From Hormiphora californensis (Eukaryota; Animalia; Ctenophora): a DNA stretch of 64,000 bases. Location of the stretch: contig CM035354.1 of the NCBI GenBank assembly GCA_020137815.1, positions 6,324,001 to 6,388,000 on the forward strand, read 5' to 3'. The notes below the pieces were generated by a model. The model ran no database searches. It was not told the origin of the DNA and saw only the letters and a list, made by a program, of their open reading frames with translations. Position numbers and translations under genes: made by a program. Within the stretch, counting starts at the first letter, position 1. Every line of letters starts with the position of its first letter. This document shows positions 24,822-36,566 of this stretch, piece by piece.

Positions 24822-26956
24822 ACTCATTGCATCATGTTTACCTCTGGCTGGTGCGGCTGTGTGTAATCGAAGGGTTGAGCGGAGAAGGACAGGGGCATCT
24901 TGCGGTGGTGAGAGAGAGACAGAATGCTGTGAGGTGAAGGAAACAGTTTGTTGGGACTCGCACTTGACATCCCGTTGTAACTTCTGAAAAAGGGGGGATT
25001 TAGTTTGGGAAGAGCGAGGGATTTAGGGGGGATTTAGTTAGGGAAGAGAGGGATTTAGTTAGGGAGAGGGGTTTATTAGGGGGTGCAAATAGGAGCGTAA
25101 AGTTCCTGATATGGCAGGGTGATATTATTGGGGGGGGGGGGGGGGGGTGCAGCCCCAAAAAAATTCAAACTTTTTCCGAAACCCAGGGTATGGTTGGTTT
25201 TTTTTTGGTCGTTTTTGGTTGAAATTTCTTTGATTTTTTTTGGTCGTTTTTGATTTTTTTTGATCGTTTTTGATTTTTTTTGAATTTTTTTGATCGTTTT
25301 TGAATTTTTTTGATCGTTTTTGATTTTTTTTGATTGTTTAATGTTGAACAAAAAGTTCAAAAAAAATCAAAAACGATCAAATAAAATCAAAAACGATCAA
25401 AAAAATTCAAAAAAAATCAAAAACGATCAAAAACGATCAAAAAAAATAAAAAAAGATCAAAAAAAATAAAAAAAGATCAAAAAAAATCAAAAAAAATCAA
25501 AAAAGATCAAAAAAAATCAAAAAAAATCAAAAACGACCAAAAAAAATCAACACTTTTGAAAATCCAGGGTATGGTTGGTTTTTTTTGGGCTGCACCCCCC
25601 CCCCCATTATTTGTTTATTAGTTAGTGGGAGAGACTCGATGAGGGTTTCACAGGGAAGAGTTACTGAGATAGAGTATATGGTAAGGATTGATCGAGGGTT
25701 GTCCCAAATTACCGACCCTATCACCCCCCCCCTCCCCTCCCCCCTAGGGTGTGACAAACGCCCCATGATTTTTTCAAATTCATCCAATCACTCCAAATAT
25801 TTTTTTGTGTGTGAGGTTCGACTTGAAATGAAATAATATGAAGTTTGAAGTCAATCGGATGTAATTAAGGGGTCGCCGATAATTAATTATGATTTTACCT
25901 GTTGCGCGAGTGAAATTCACCGTTTAAGTGACTTCCGGGAAGTTTTGGCGTTCCTCTCGAACACTATCCGATCCGGAATGGCCATGTTTATATACAACTT
26001 ATGAAGCAACATATGGTCTAAAATGCTTAGTTTTGGAGTTATGGGCGAATAAGTGAATTTCAATTATGACGTCACGCGTGTGGGCCAAGATGCTGATTGT
26101 GGCTAATCGGGTGGCCCAAATTGATTTTTGACAAAAGGATCCGCTCCGGAATGGCCATGTTTATATACGACTTATGAAGCAACATATGGCCTAAAATGCT
26201 TAGTTTTGGCGCTACGGGCGATTTTATGCCCAGTAAGCTACATGTCACGTGACTAAGTTATCAAACAAAAAATGGCTCCTAGCTCCAAAACTGAGCATTT
26301 TAGACCATATGTTGCTTCATAAGTCGTATATAAACATGGCCATTCCGGATCGGATGGTGTTCGAGAGGAACGCCAAAACTTCCCGGAAGTCACTTAAACG
26401 GCGAATTTCACTCGCGCAACAGGTAAAATCATAATTAATTATCGGCGACCCCTTAATTACATCCGATTGACTTCAAACTTCATATTATTTCATTTCAAGT
26501 CACACCTCACACCCAAAAAATTATTTGGAGCAATCGAAGAAGGTCGGGGCGTTTGTCACACCCTACTCCCCCCTCCCCCCTACGGGGTGTCTCGGGTGGT
26601 ATCACGCCGACTCAGTGCGACGGTAATTGAGATCTTTACAAGTTACAGTAAACGATTAGACACACGGAGATAGGACCTACTAAATTTTTCAAATTGGTTG
26701 TGTTCGCCCACAGGGATGATTAAATTTTACAACAGGTTCTTCTTGAGATCGTTTTTATTGGTGCGAACGAGACGAGAAATAGGAGACGGGAGAGAGAGAT
26801 TGAAAAAGAAGATAAAGAGAGAGAATAAATTAGAAAAGTGAGGGATAGAAGGAGAGGGACAAGGGTACTTTGAGTAATTACTAATCTGACTTGATGTCTG
26901 CAATTTGAACCGTGAAGGAGATGGTGGCTAAAAAGGGACAGAGAGAGAGAGAGAGT

Positions 26957-26992
<36 letters not shown>

Positions 26993-28706
26993 AAGAAAGA
27001 GAGATGGAGAGAGAAGGAAGGGGAGAGAGAAATGAGAGGAGTGATTGACAGATTGGGCTAACACCTTCCCCATGGTACACACACCACGCTAATCGAATGG
27101 CCTCCCTCCGTGCTATTTATCACGTGACAAGCGGCCAATCATCCTCCAGGATCCCGCCCACGTGACAGCCTGTAGACCAATCAGAACACAGGGATTTAGT
27201 CACGTGATTATACAGTAGCCAATCCGACTGATAGACTACTACAGTGTCGGACATTATACATGGTAGATATTCCGTGTACTAAAAGGGTCTTCCTCTCTTT
27301 GAGGCCGGTCCCATGATAGTAGAAGCCTCCCTGTGGCCGCGGTTTGAAGAGTGCAATTAGTCCCCCTCTAACAAAACTCACAAGCATTTATGTAAATTGT
27401 GCACTACCCCACCCAGTATAATTACCCCTCTCACCATCCCTCTCCCAAAATCTAATGTCCACCTTGTTTTTTGTCAAGCTGACCCGGGCCCTAATCAACC
27501 CTTTTTGGGGTCGGATCAGGGTTGTTATTTTCAACACGCTCACGCAAAGATTTAAGGGAGTGGATAACAAGCCGCCACAGGCCTCTAGTCAGGGGTAAGA
27601 AGAAGCATAATATGGTCAGGGTTAACATGTTGATGTGGTCAGGGATAACATGTTAACTGCTTACCTCTGGTCAGGGAAGGGTAACATGTTCTGTTCCATC
27701 ACCTTCCTTCTCATAATGCTCTGTTGTAGCATCTCCGCTGGTAGGGGTCTCACCACCCGACCACCATTGAACCCCCCTGAGGTGGGTGACGGCTGGTGGT
27801 GTTGGTAGGTGTTAAATATGGGTGATCCTCCCTGCTGCTGCTGCATGGGTGCCTGGAACTGGTTCTGTTGTTGTTGGGGTGGCGTGGACCAACAGAGTGG
27901 GGCACCAGGGGCAGTCATAGTTGGCTGCTGTTGTTGTTGCATGGGTTTAGGAGCTGCCCACGGGTTGACAAAACCATCTGAGGATAGATGTTGTTACTTC
28001 TAACATCTAACATGGTTCAGTTGAAATGAGTTGATCTGCTAAACCCTCACAGAGCGAAATAAAATGCAGTGTGAGCTACACAAAATTAGCAGATTAAGTA
28101 GAAACAATTTAAGTAGAAACAATTTAATTAATTCAAGTTAATTACCGTTGTGACTATCATCACTGTATTTGGAGAACTGGTTAGACCATCCCAGTCCACT
28201 GTCACCGAAGGTCCTGTCGCCAGATCTGAGGGAGGGAGGGAACATGGTCAATGATTGGATGTGGGAAAAAGTTATTATCATCCGGTTAAAATTGAAGACG
28301 AAGGGGTGCTGCAGGATAGTGGTATTTTTATTGCATGGTGTAAGAGAGAGATACAGAAAGAAATAATAGGGAGAGAACAGGAGCCGGGACGGAGGGAGAT
28401 GTGAAACTTTAAAAGTATCTGACTCTCTGGGAAATTAATAGACTGTTTTTATTATCTCCACCCCCGCGACATTGTTGGTGCGAAGCCTCAATACCACATT
28501 TCCCACGGCCCCCTTCATACAGCTCCCCATTTCACAGATAACTGTCTGGTGATCATTGATCATTGGCAGTGAATGAGTGCAGAATCCACCCCCGTTATCG
28601 CAACAGTTTCCTCTTCGACAGTCAATTGAGTTGGGGGACTCCCACACACCCCCGTCTAGCCGCCTATTCACAGTCTCTCCTCTCTCTATCTCCTCTCTCT
28701 CTCTCC

Positions 28707-28751
<45 letters not shown>

Positions 28752-28981
28752 CCTCCCTCTCTCATTGATTCGCGTCAGGGTGATCTTGGTTCGGAAATAA
28801 TTTGTGCATCATCACACTTTATATTGTCACCCAATTTCCCTACCACCAGACCCCCTATATACACTTGACAGCTGGAGACCTCCCTCTCTCTCTCTCTCAT
28901 CTTACCCCGGGTCCGCGTACTTGTGTGTATCACGTGTGTCTGAGGAAATTACTTGGTGGACAAAAGGAGAGAGATAGAGAG

Positions 28982-29050
<69 letters not shown>

Positions 29051-29330
29051 AAATGAGGGGCAAGGGGGCGAGAGAGTCGGAAGAGTGGGAAGCCAAGTGG
29101 TGCTGTAGTTATTAATCAGATTTAGCTAGAACTATACACGATAAATAGAACTCTCTCTATCTCTCCCTTTCTCTCTCTCTCTACCTCTTGCACCGGGTTG
29201 TACCAAAATAAAATATGTACAGATTTGTACTAGTTATAATATACACGCACACCAACAGTTGCACTACGGTCCGAGTTACCAGAGCTCTCCATCTTCTGGG
29301 TGTCATCGAACAAAGATGTTTGCGATGATA

Positions 29331-29396
<66 letters not shown>

Positions 29397-32300
29397 AGAT
29401 GGAAACATCGACACCATTGATTCACGGGAGTCTGTGTATGTAGATATCCTTGAAGGATGGAGAGAATGAAAGCCAACGCAGAGAGGATGATAGAGAGAAA
29501 GAAAAGGAACACAGAGAGAATGATAGAGAGAAAGGTCTATTGACCTCCATTCTGTCTCCCCTCTTGAGCTTGATTAATACGCGACGGACTAGTGTGGGTA
29601 GCTTTTATCCCTATTATGGCAGTCTCTCTCTCCCTCTCTCTCTCTCTCTCTCATTTACCTCACCGCTCCCCCACCGTCCCCCTTGCAGGTAAAAGGGCTT
29701 ATTCAGAGAGAAAATGTTTTCGAAAATGAAGAAAATAAAATAAAAAGGGCCCGAATAAAATTGTGCGAAAACTTTTCGCCGAAAAGGACTAAAATCGAAC
29801 AGATCACTGATCAGTCGACTATCATACAAGATATTAAAAAGGGAACATGGTACTTACAGTACACTTCCAACAGGGGTGGGCGACTTGATCGGATCGTCAT
29901 CAAACAATTGAGAGAGGATGTTGTGGGCGATGTGCTCACTATTCCCGTTAGCGCCCCACATCTGGTAGCCACTACTGAAAATATCAGCCTGAAAAACAGA
30001 GAGTTATGTTAGTTGGTGGTATATTTGGAATTTCAAACTTGGGGAAAGAAAAAGACAGGCTGGATGTTTCATGGCATATGTGCGGGGGTAGAGTATAAAG
30101 GAAGAAGAAACCCACTACTACTACAGACAGTTCCTGCGCATATAATAAACATAATAAGGGGCTACTGAAGCTGATACTCGGTACCATCACTATCAAAACA
30201 CACCGCCCTCTTCAACAACCCATATTATCATTCCTCCTGGCTCCTCTGGCCCGCTCCTACTAAAATTGTTGAGCTGACAGTGTCAGACGACCCAATCTCC
30301 TAGATATATCTCTGTATCATTAACCCTTTAAGGGCGAGAAGGATTGGCTCGATAGATTTTTCTAATTTTTTGTTTATAAGTAGATATTATTACCACAAAC
30401 TACCTCGAAAAAGAAATTTGAAGTTTCGACATGTAGTTTTTGCTGGGCCCAATGTGTCATATATGACTCTATCGTCCGTAAGGGAATTCTAGTAACAAAT
30501 GTCATTTGTGCAAAAGTATGGGTCCAATAGTCAAATTTTATGCTTTGAGGCAGTCTATGGCTATAATTTCTACAATCTTGAACGGTTTTTACTAGAAAAA
30601 TACCCCAAATTCTACATTTTGTATCATATATGACTCTATCGTCCCAATTGGTAAATTCTCCAAAAACATCCATAACTCGGGCTAGAAAAGGAGCTAAGAG
30701 TCAAATCAGGGCACTAAACTGTGTAGAATCATCGCATTAGTGGGGGTAGAGCACATATTTAGGTCGCTATCTTGCCCCCTAATTGAGATAATTGGATAAT
30801 TAGCCAATTATCTGTCCCGCGCATGCTAAAAAATGAAACTTTGCTTTGGGAAGGAGTTATGAGGCAAATGGGGGCACTAAAATGTGTAGAATCATCACAT
30901 TAGTGAGGTTAGAGCACACATCTAGGTCTCTATCTAGACCCCTAATTGAGATAATTGGATAATTAGCTAATTAGTTGCCCTCCAGCGCTAAAAAATAAAT
31001 TTTGGCGGAGTATACAAGACAAATGGGGTCACTAAAATGTGTAAAATCGTCGCCTTACTGGGGGCAGAGCACATAGCTGAGTTTCTATTCCCGCTCCTAA
31101 TTGAGATAATTGGATAATTAGCTAATTGACGGTTGCATAATGCCCCCTTTTCACCATATACCGTGGTTTCTGGCTAATCCTGAGCTCTTTTGTTCAATCT
31201 AAGGATCTTTTGGCATCCCTTTACTCCATTTGTATCACCTTTGACTCGTTTTACACAATAATATAGCACTCTATACAACCCTAGACGCCGACTTCAGCTC
31301 TGTACAACCCCCTTGCTTCATCCTACTCCTAGCTAGACCTCTCATACACCATACTAAACGCCTTCTACAGATTATCTTTATTTCCGATGGAGTTCTTGAG
31401 AAGTTTCCTTAGTGGCAAATGAGATTGTGAGAGTGATGAGGAGAAATAATGTAGGGGGAATCTAAACTGTGTGTCCAATAATAAAATGGGAAACTGTAGT
31501 ACATTAGGGGTTGAACGTCTTGTAGGAGCAATAGGATATCCCAAAAAAAATCGGTTAGGAAGGTGTAGGGATCTCGAAATTATGAGAGGTCTAGGATTAA
31601 GCAAGAGGGTTCTAAAGAGCTGAAGGCGGTGTCTAGGGTTGTATAGAGTGCTATATTAGTGTGTAAAACAAGTCAAAGGTGATACAAATGGGTAAAGGGA
31701 TGCTAGAAGGGCCTTAGATTGAACAAAAGAGCTCAGGATTAGCCAGAAACCACGGTATATGGTGAAAAGGGGGCATTATGCAACCGTCAATTAGCTAATT
31801 ATCCAATTATCTCAATTAGGAGCGGGAATAGAAACTCAGCTATGTGCTCTGCCCCCAAGATTTTACACATTTTAGTGCCCCCATTTGTCTTGTATACTCC
31901 GCCAAATTTTATTTTTTAGCGCTGGAGGGCAACTAATTAGCTAATTATCCAATTATCTCAATTAGGGGTCTAGATAGAGACCTAGATGTGTGCTCTAACC
32001 TCACTAATGTGATGATTCTACACATTTTAGTGCCCCCATTTGCCTCATAACTCCTTCCCAAAGCAAAGTTTCATTTATTAGCATGCGCAGGACAGATAAT
32101 TGGCTAATTATCCAATTATCTCAATTAGGGGGCAAGATAGCGACCTAAATATGTGCTCTACCCCCACTAATGCGATGATTCTACACAGTTTAGTGCCCTG
32201 ATTTGACTCTTAGCTCCTTTTCTAGCCCGAGTTATGGATGTTTTTGGAGAATTTACCAATTGGGACGATAGAGTCATATATGATATAAAATGTAGAATTT

Positions 32301-33102
32301 GGGGTATTTTTCTAGTAAAAACCGTTCAAGATTGTAGAAATTATAGCCATAGACTGCCTCAAAGCATAAAATTTGACTATTGGACCCATACTTTTGCACA
32401 AATGACATTTGTTACTAGAATTCCCTTACGGACGATAGAGTCATATATGATACAAACACTAAAACGTTAATAACTCATTCAATTTTCAATATTTTTTGAT
32501 GCGGTTTTTTGCATTCGATTTGTTATGTCAAGTAGTTTTATCCCTTCAAAGGATTATTTGTGCCCCTCAAAAACAAAAATTTGAGAGGGATTTTTAAAAA
32601 AAGGCCTAAATTAGCCTCCCGAGAAGGGCCATAAAAAAAGTTCTTCGATTTTCCGAGCAGATTTGGACGTGGTTTTGGGTTCAAAATCCCTAAAACTAGC
32701 TTGTGACAAAAAATTAGCCACCTAGACATCATGTAGCGCCTTCCAGACGGTCTAGAATGGACCGTGTCATATATGACCTATCGCCCTCAAAGGGTTAAAC
32801 CAGATATGGTTGATAGTAGGCTGACATGTGATGATGGGTGTGCAACTTTTGTTGCTATGTGTGCGTGTGTGGGTGAGCGTGGTATAGACGGGAAATAGGG
32901 GGTGGCTGGCCCCCGAAATAGTAGGAGACATGTGGGACCTTTCTCGCCGCTTTGTACCCCTCCTTCTCTCTCTAAATATCTCATTTGGCCTCTTCCTACA
33001 ACACTCACTATAATCCCTCTATCTCCCTCTCCACATAGTAATTACACCCTATGCGGGTACCACCACCAAACGTGCTTAGTGCGACAGACAAAGAGAGAGA
33101 GA

Positions 33103-33133
<31 letters not shown>

Positions 33134-36100
33134 GAGGAGAGACTTAGGAGGAGGATGAGGAGAGCCCGAGATATGTGAGACGAAGACGGAGAGAGAGAGG
33201 AAGGGAGAACGAAAGTTGTAGCGAGGAGTGTAGTAGAGGATAGGGACGAAAAGGGGAAGAATAGAGGGTAGAGGAGGAGAGTGAGAGAAAATAAGGAAGA
33301 GAGAGAGAGGAAAGGATATGAATAGAGGGGTAGAGAGGAGGAAAGTAGAGGCAATATAGAGGAGGAGTAAAAAAGGTTCCCTATGTATGGTGCGGTTGAG
33401 CGGGGAAGAAGAAAAGGGGAGGAAAGAGGTGAGAGATAAACCGAATACGATTTTTTACAGACTGGAGTGGCCGGGATGGACCGGGAGGGAAAGAGAAGAA
33501 GGGGGACAAAGAGAGAATAACATGAATCTTTAGAGACAAAAAGGGTTCCACCGCAGTGGTAAACTAAGAGAAAAAGGGGTGAAAATTTAGGGCAAATGAG
33601 ACAGAGAGAATACGCCGAAAATTACACAAACACCCCAATTTCTATGTTGTACAACCCTAAAAAGGGGCCAACAAAAACCCTTCTAAACTTGGGGGGGGTC
33701 CCTTTTCCCGGGGGGGGGGGGGGGGGGAAAAAAAAAAAAAAAAATTTTGAGGGGGAGTAACTGTTCGATTAATTCTTCCATACCACCCTCAGTTCTTATG
33801 TTGCTTGACTAAACTGACTAAACCCAATAACCATAAAAACCCTTCTACTTTTCCCCTTCTCATTCGCCCACTTTTTAAAGAGTGGCGGGAGATCAAGAGT
33901 GGGGAGAGGCGAGCTAATGATTGATTCCCCTCAGGGCTAATAAACATGCTCCAAACATTATGCGTGTTTATAGCCCTCAGGGGGAGGGTGGTCTCGAGTC
34001 ACCGTCCCCGAAATGAAGTTAGAGACGGGGAAATTAAAGTGAGAACTCAAAAGATGGCCGGGGGTTGAAAAATGAAAGTGAGATCTGGAAAGATGGGATT
34101 AGAAAATGAAGACACCTAGGGGTTTTGGAGAAAAGAAGAAAACAGTTGTCCCGATTGACCCTATAATAGTAGTGGGGACGAGAGAGAGGACTGGTTACAC
34201 ACTTATAATAACAGAGAGATCACACCTGTTCCCTGCAAGTGTTCCTTTGAGTAGCACACACACACGCAGACAGTGTAGCAACAGTGAGTCTCCCTCTATT
34301 TCTCTGTCTCACTCCCCGGCCCCCCTCTCTCTCTCTCTCTTAGCAACCTTTTCAAGTAGACACATAGCTGTCCAGTAAAGTTATTGTCAACCCCCACCAA
34401 CACACAGTGCATCATTCCCCCTCTCTCTCACCAATCAGGTGTTCTAATAACAATGTTATCCCCGGCTCCAGTCAGCTCGTCAGACCCCACCGAACCATTA
34501 AACCCCTGGTAGTGCAACACCATGTGAGTTACTCCCCAATCATAACGGAGCCTACTTCTTTTCACCGCCGCCGCCGCCGCAGAGACGATTGAGACCACCG
34601 AAAGGTAATACGAAACATTGGCATGCAATATCTGACAGCGATTAAACCATATATGGGATACCCCCCTTCTCTCGATGAAACACCACCACCCCCCACACTG
34701 CTCTAGCCACTCAATCTCCTAAAGATGTCTTTCAATCTCTCACTCTCTCCCTTTATTCCTCTCTCACTCTTTCCTTCTCCCTCTCCCTCTCTATCTGACT
34801 GGAGTGAGATGTGCTTTACACACACAAGGTTCAATCATAGGACCACTGTACTCTACAGGATATATCAGGAGCGTCATATCACGTGTATTTACGGAGCAAG
34901 CCAGCCGGGAAATGATGAAGGGAGAAAAGAGCTTAGGAGAGGGAAAGAGAGAAGAAAAGAAGAGAGAGAAAGAGAGAGAGAGCGAGAGAGAGAGAGAGAG
35001 CGAGGGGGAAGAGAGAAAGATAGAGGAAAAGAAGAAGAGAGAGCGGAAGGGGAAAATAGTACAGATCTGCGGTCATCACTCCCTTTGGGACACCTAGGTA
35101 GCAAGCATAAACATAAGAAAGATAGAGAGAGGGAAATGACAGAGAAAAAGAGGGGACAGAGGGTGTGTTCCTAATTCCATTACCCCAGAAAGAGAGGAGT
35201 GAGTTGAAAGACGATCTAATTTCACGCCCAATTTGCTATCAAGGGGGTGTGGAAGGAAACCTTTGACTGTCAGTGACACCGGAAACGGGAAACACTCACT
35301 CACATTCTCCCTCCTCGTGAAACCTGTCAAAGCCCAATTACCAAACTACACCCCAAAATAATAAAGAAACCCAAAATTGCAGAGAGAGGTTAAGATGTGA
35401 TTTGGGCGGGGATTTATGTGGTGAACAATGGAGATGAGGAATAATACATTGCACCAACATACACTTATAGAAGAAAGAGGGTGTCGGAGAGAGAGATGAA
35501 GAGAAAAGGGAGTGAGAGATAGAAAGAGAAAATAGAGAAGGAGAGAGAGGGGAGGGTAGAAGAGAAAGAGGGGGAGAGTGTTACTCTTCCCCTAAGGTAT
35601 TGTGTACAGATCGAGCTAGCGGAAACATACACATTGATTGGAATCAACAAAGGGAGAGAATCGGAAAATAAAAAAGATAGAAAGATACTTAGAAAGATAG
35701 AAAGATAGAGGGTTACTTTACCTTGTCTCCGTCGAAGCTCTCATCGGAGGGTTCATCCTGGGGGCTGGAACAGTATCCTGAGCTGATTGAACTGGTACCA
35801 CTGAACATACTTTTCAACTGAAGGGAGAGATGGGCTGTTAAAATCAGTATTCTGGGTGAGATAGAGATCTCCTAAAAGGGATTCTGTTTCAGGGAATCAG
35901 GGTCATATCAGTATGTGGTCGATAGATTTGTCTACAAAAAACAAAAGAATATATTGATACGAGTATTGAGTAGGTTGATTAGTTCAGATTACCGATGTAA
36001 ACAGATAAGAGAGTTAAGAGGGAAATGTATATTATGATGGTTTAGGAAATATCAGTTTTTAGAAAATACCCATTATGGGCTGGGCGACCATTTTATGCAA

Positions 36101-36283
36101 AGGAATATGTGCCTCAAGAGAGAACGATAGGAGGAAGAGATACTCAAACAGAGAATTTGAACTATAGCATAGTTTTAAATAGACATGGGACTGAACTTCA
36201 AAAAAACATCAAAAACATACACTTACATCACTGGTAAAGGTGTCTGGTGACAAACTTTGTTGACTGGCTGCAGTGAGCATCAT
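23539..36283 (-). CDS. MEIOC-like protein (Ser/Gln-rich N-terminus plus C-terminal MEIOC-type coiled-coil domain), about 9 exons
   Basis: Phase-compatible GT-AG exons near 36227-36283, 35722-35817, 29858-29988, 28146-28225, 27665-27978, 24842-24926, 24579-24662, 24083-24205, 23811-23973 and 23539-23648 (edges approximate). The C-terminus resembles MEIOC, judged from memory. Confidence 0.7.
25128..25606. repeat. Foldback-like element: poly-G/poly-C ends with inverted T-rich and A-rich microsatellite arms
   Basis: GGGGTGCAGCCCCAAAA / TTTTGGGCTGCACCCC ends; (TTTTTGATCG)n faces (CAAAAACGAT)n. Confidence 0.75.
25745..26565. mobile_element. Non-autonomous hAT element
   Basis: TAGGGTGTGACAAACGCCCC...GGGGCGTTTGTCACACCCTA termini, 8-bp TSD CTCCCCCC, ~290-bp inverted arms. 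Confidence 0.88.
27120..27225. promoter_or_regulatory. Three tandem E-box + CCAAT modules
   Basis: CACGTGA-N(8-11)-CCAATC occurs three times. Confidence 0.45.
30324..32794. mobile_element. Non-autonomous piggyBac with ~0.85-kb internal inverted repeats
   Basis: ttaa|CCCTTTAAGGGCGA...TCGCCCTCAAAGGG|ttaa; inverted arms at ~30455-31310 / ~31610-32450. Confidence 0.88.
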
Positions 36284-36566
36284 GATGAAACAAAAGCGAG
36301 CGAGAGAAAGATTAATTTGCAACCCCACTGAATCCTGAGGACCATATGCTGTCATCCAACGCGACTTTTCGCGCCCTTCCACTCCAGTCGACGTTCTTCA
36401 CTCGTTGTGCGCGCGATACAACGTGATTTGCGCGTTTGATGTGCGCGGCTCAAATTTTGTAATTTTGAGTTTTTGAATCTTAAAATTTCAGAATTTCCAA
36501 ACTCACAAACTTTGCCTTTCTCCTCAGTTCACACATTTTAAACTTTAGTTTCGTTCGACTGTTATC

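Noticed and set aside
27060-27590. Candidate extra exons of the minus-strand gene
   Set aside because: Donors are weak and phases inconsistent; the flanking exons (27665 and 24926) join in frame without them.
20355-32470. Duplicated ORFs on opposite strands (20355/21996, 30374/32234)
   Set aside because: By-products of transposon inverted repeats, with no protein motifs.
26720-35650. Many ORFs rich in SLSLSL or RERERE
   Set aside because: They are translations of (CT/AG)n microsatellites in introns.
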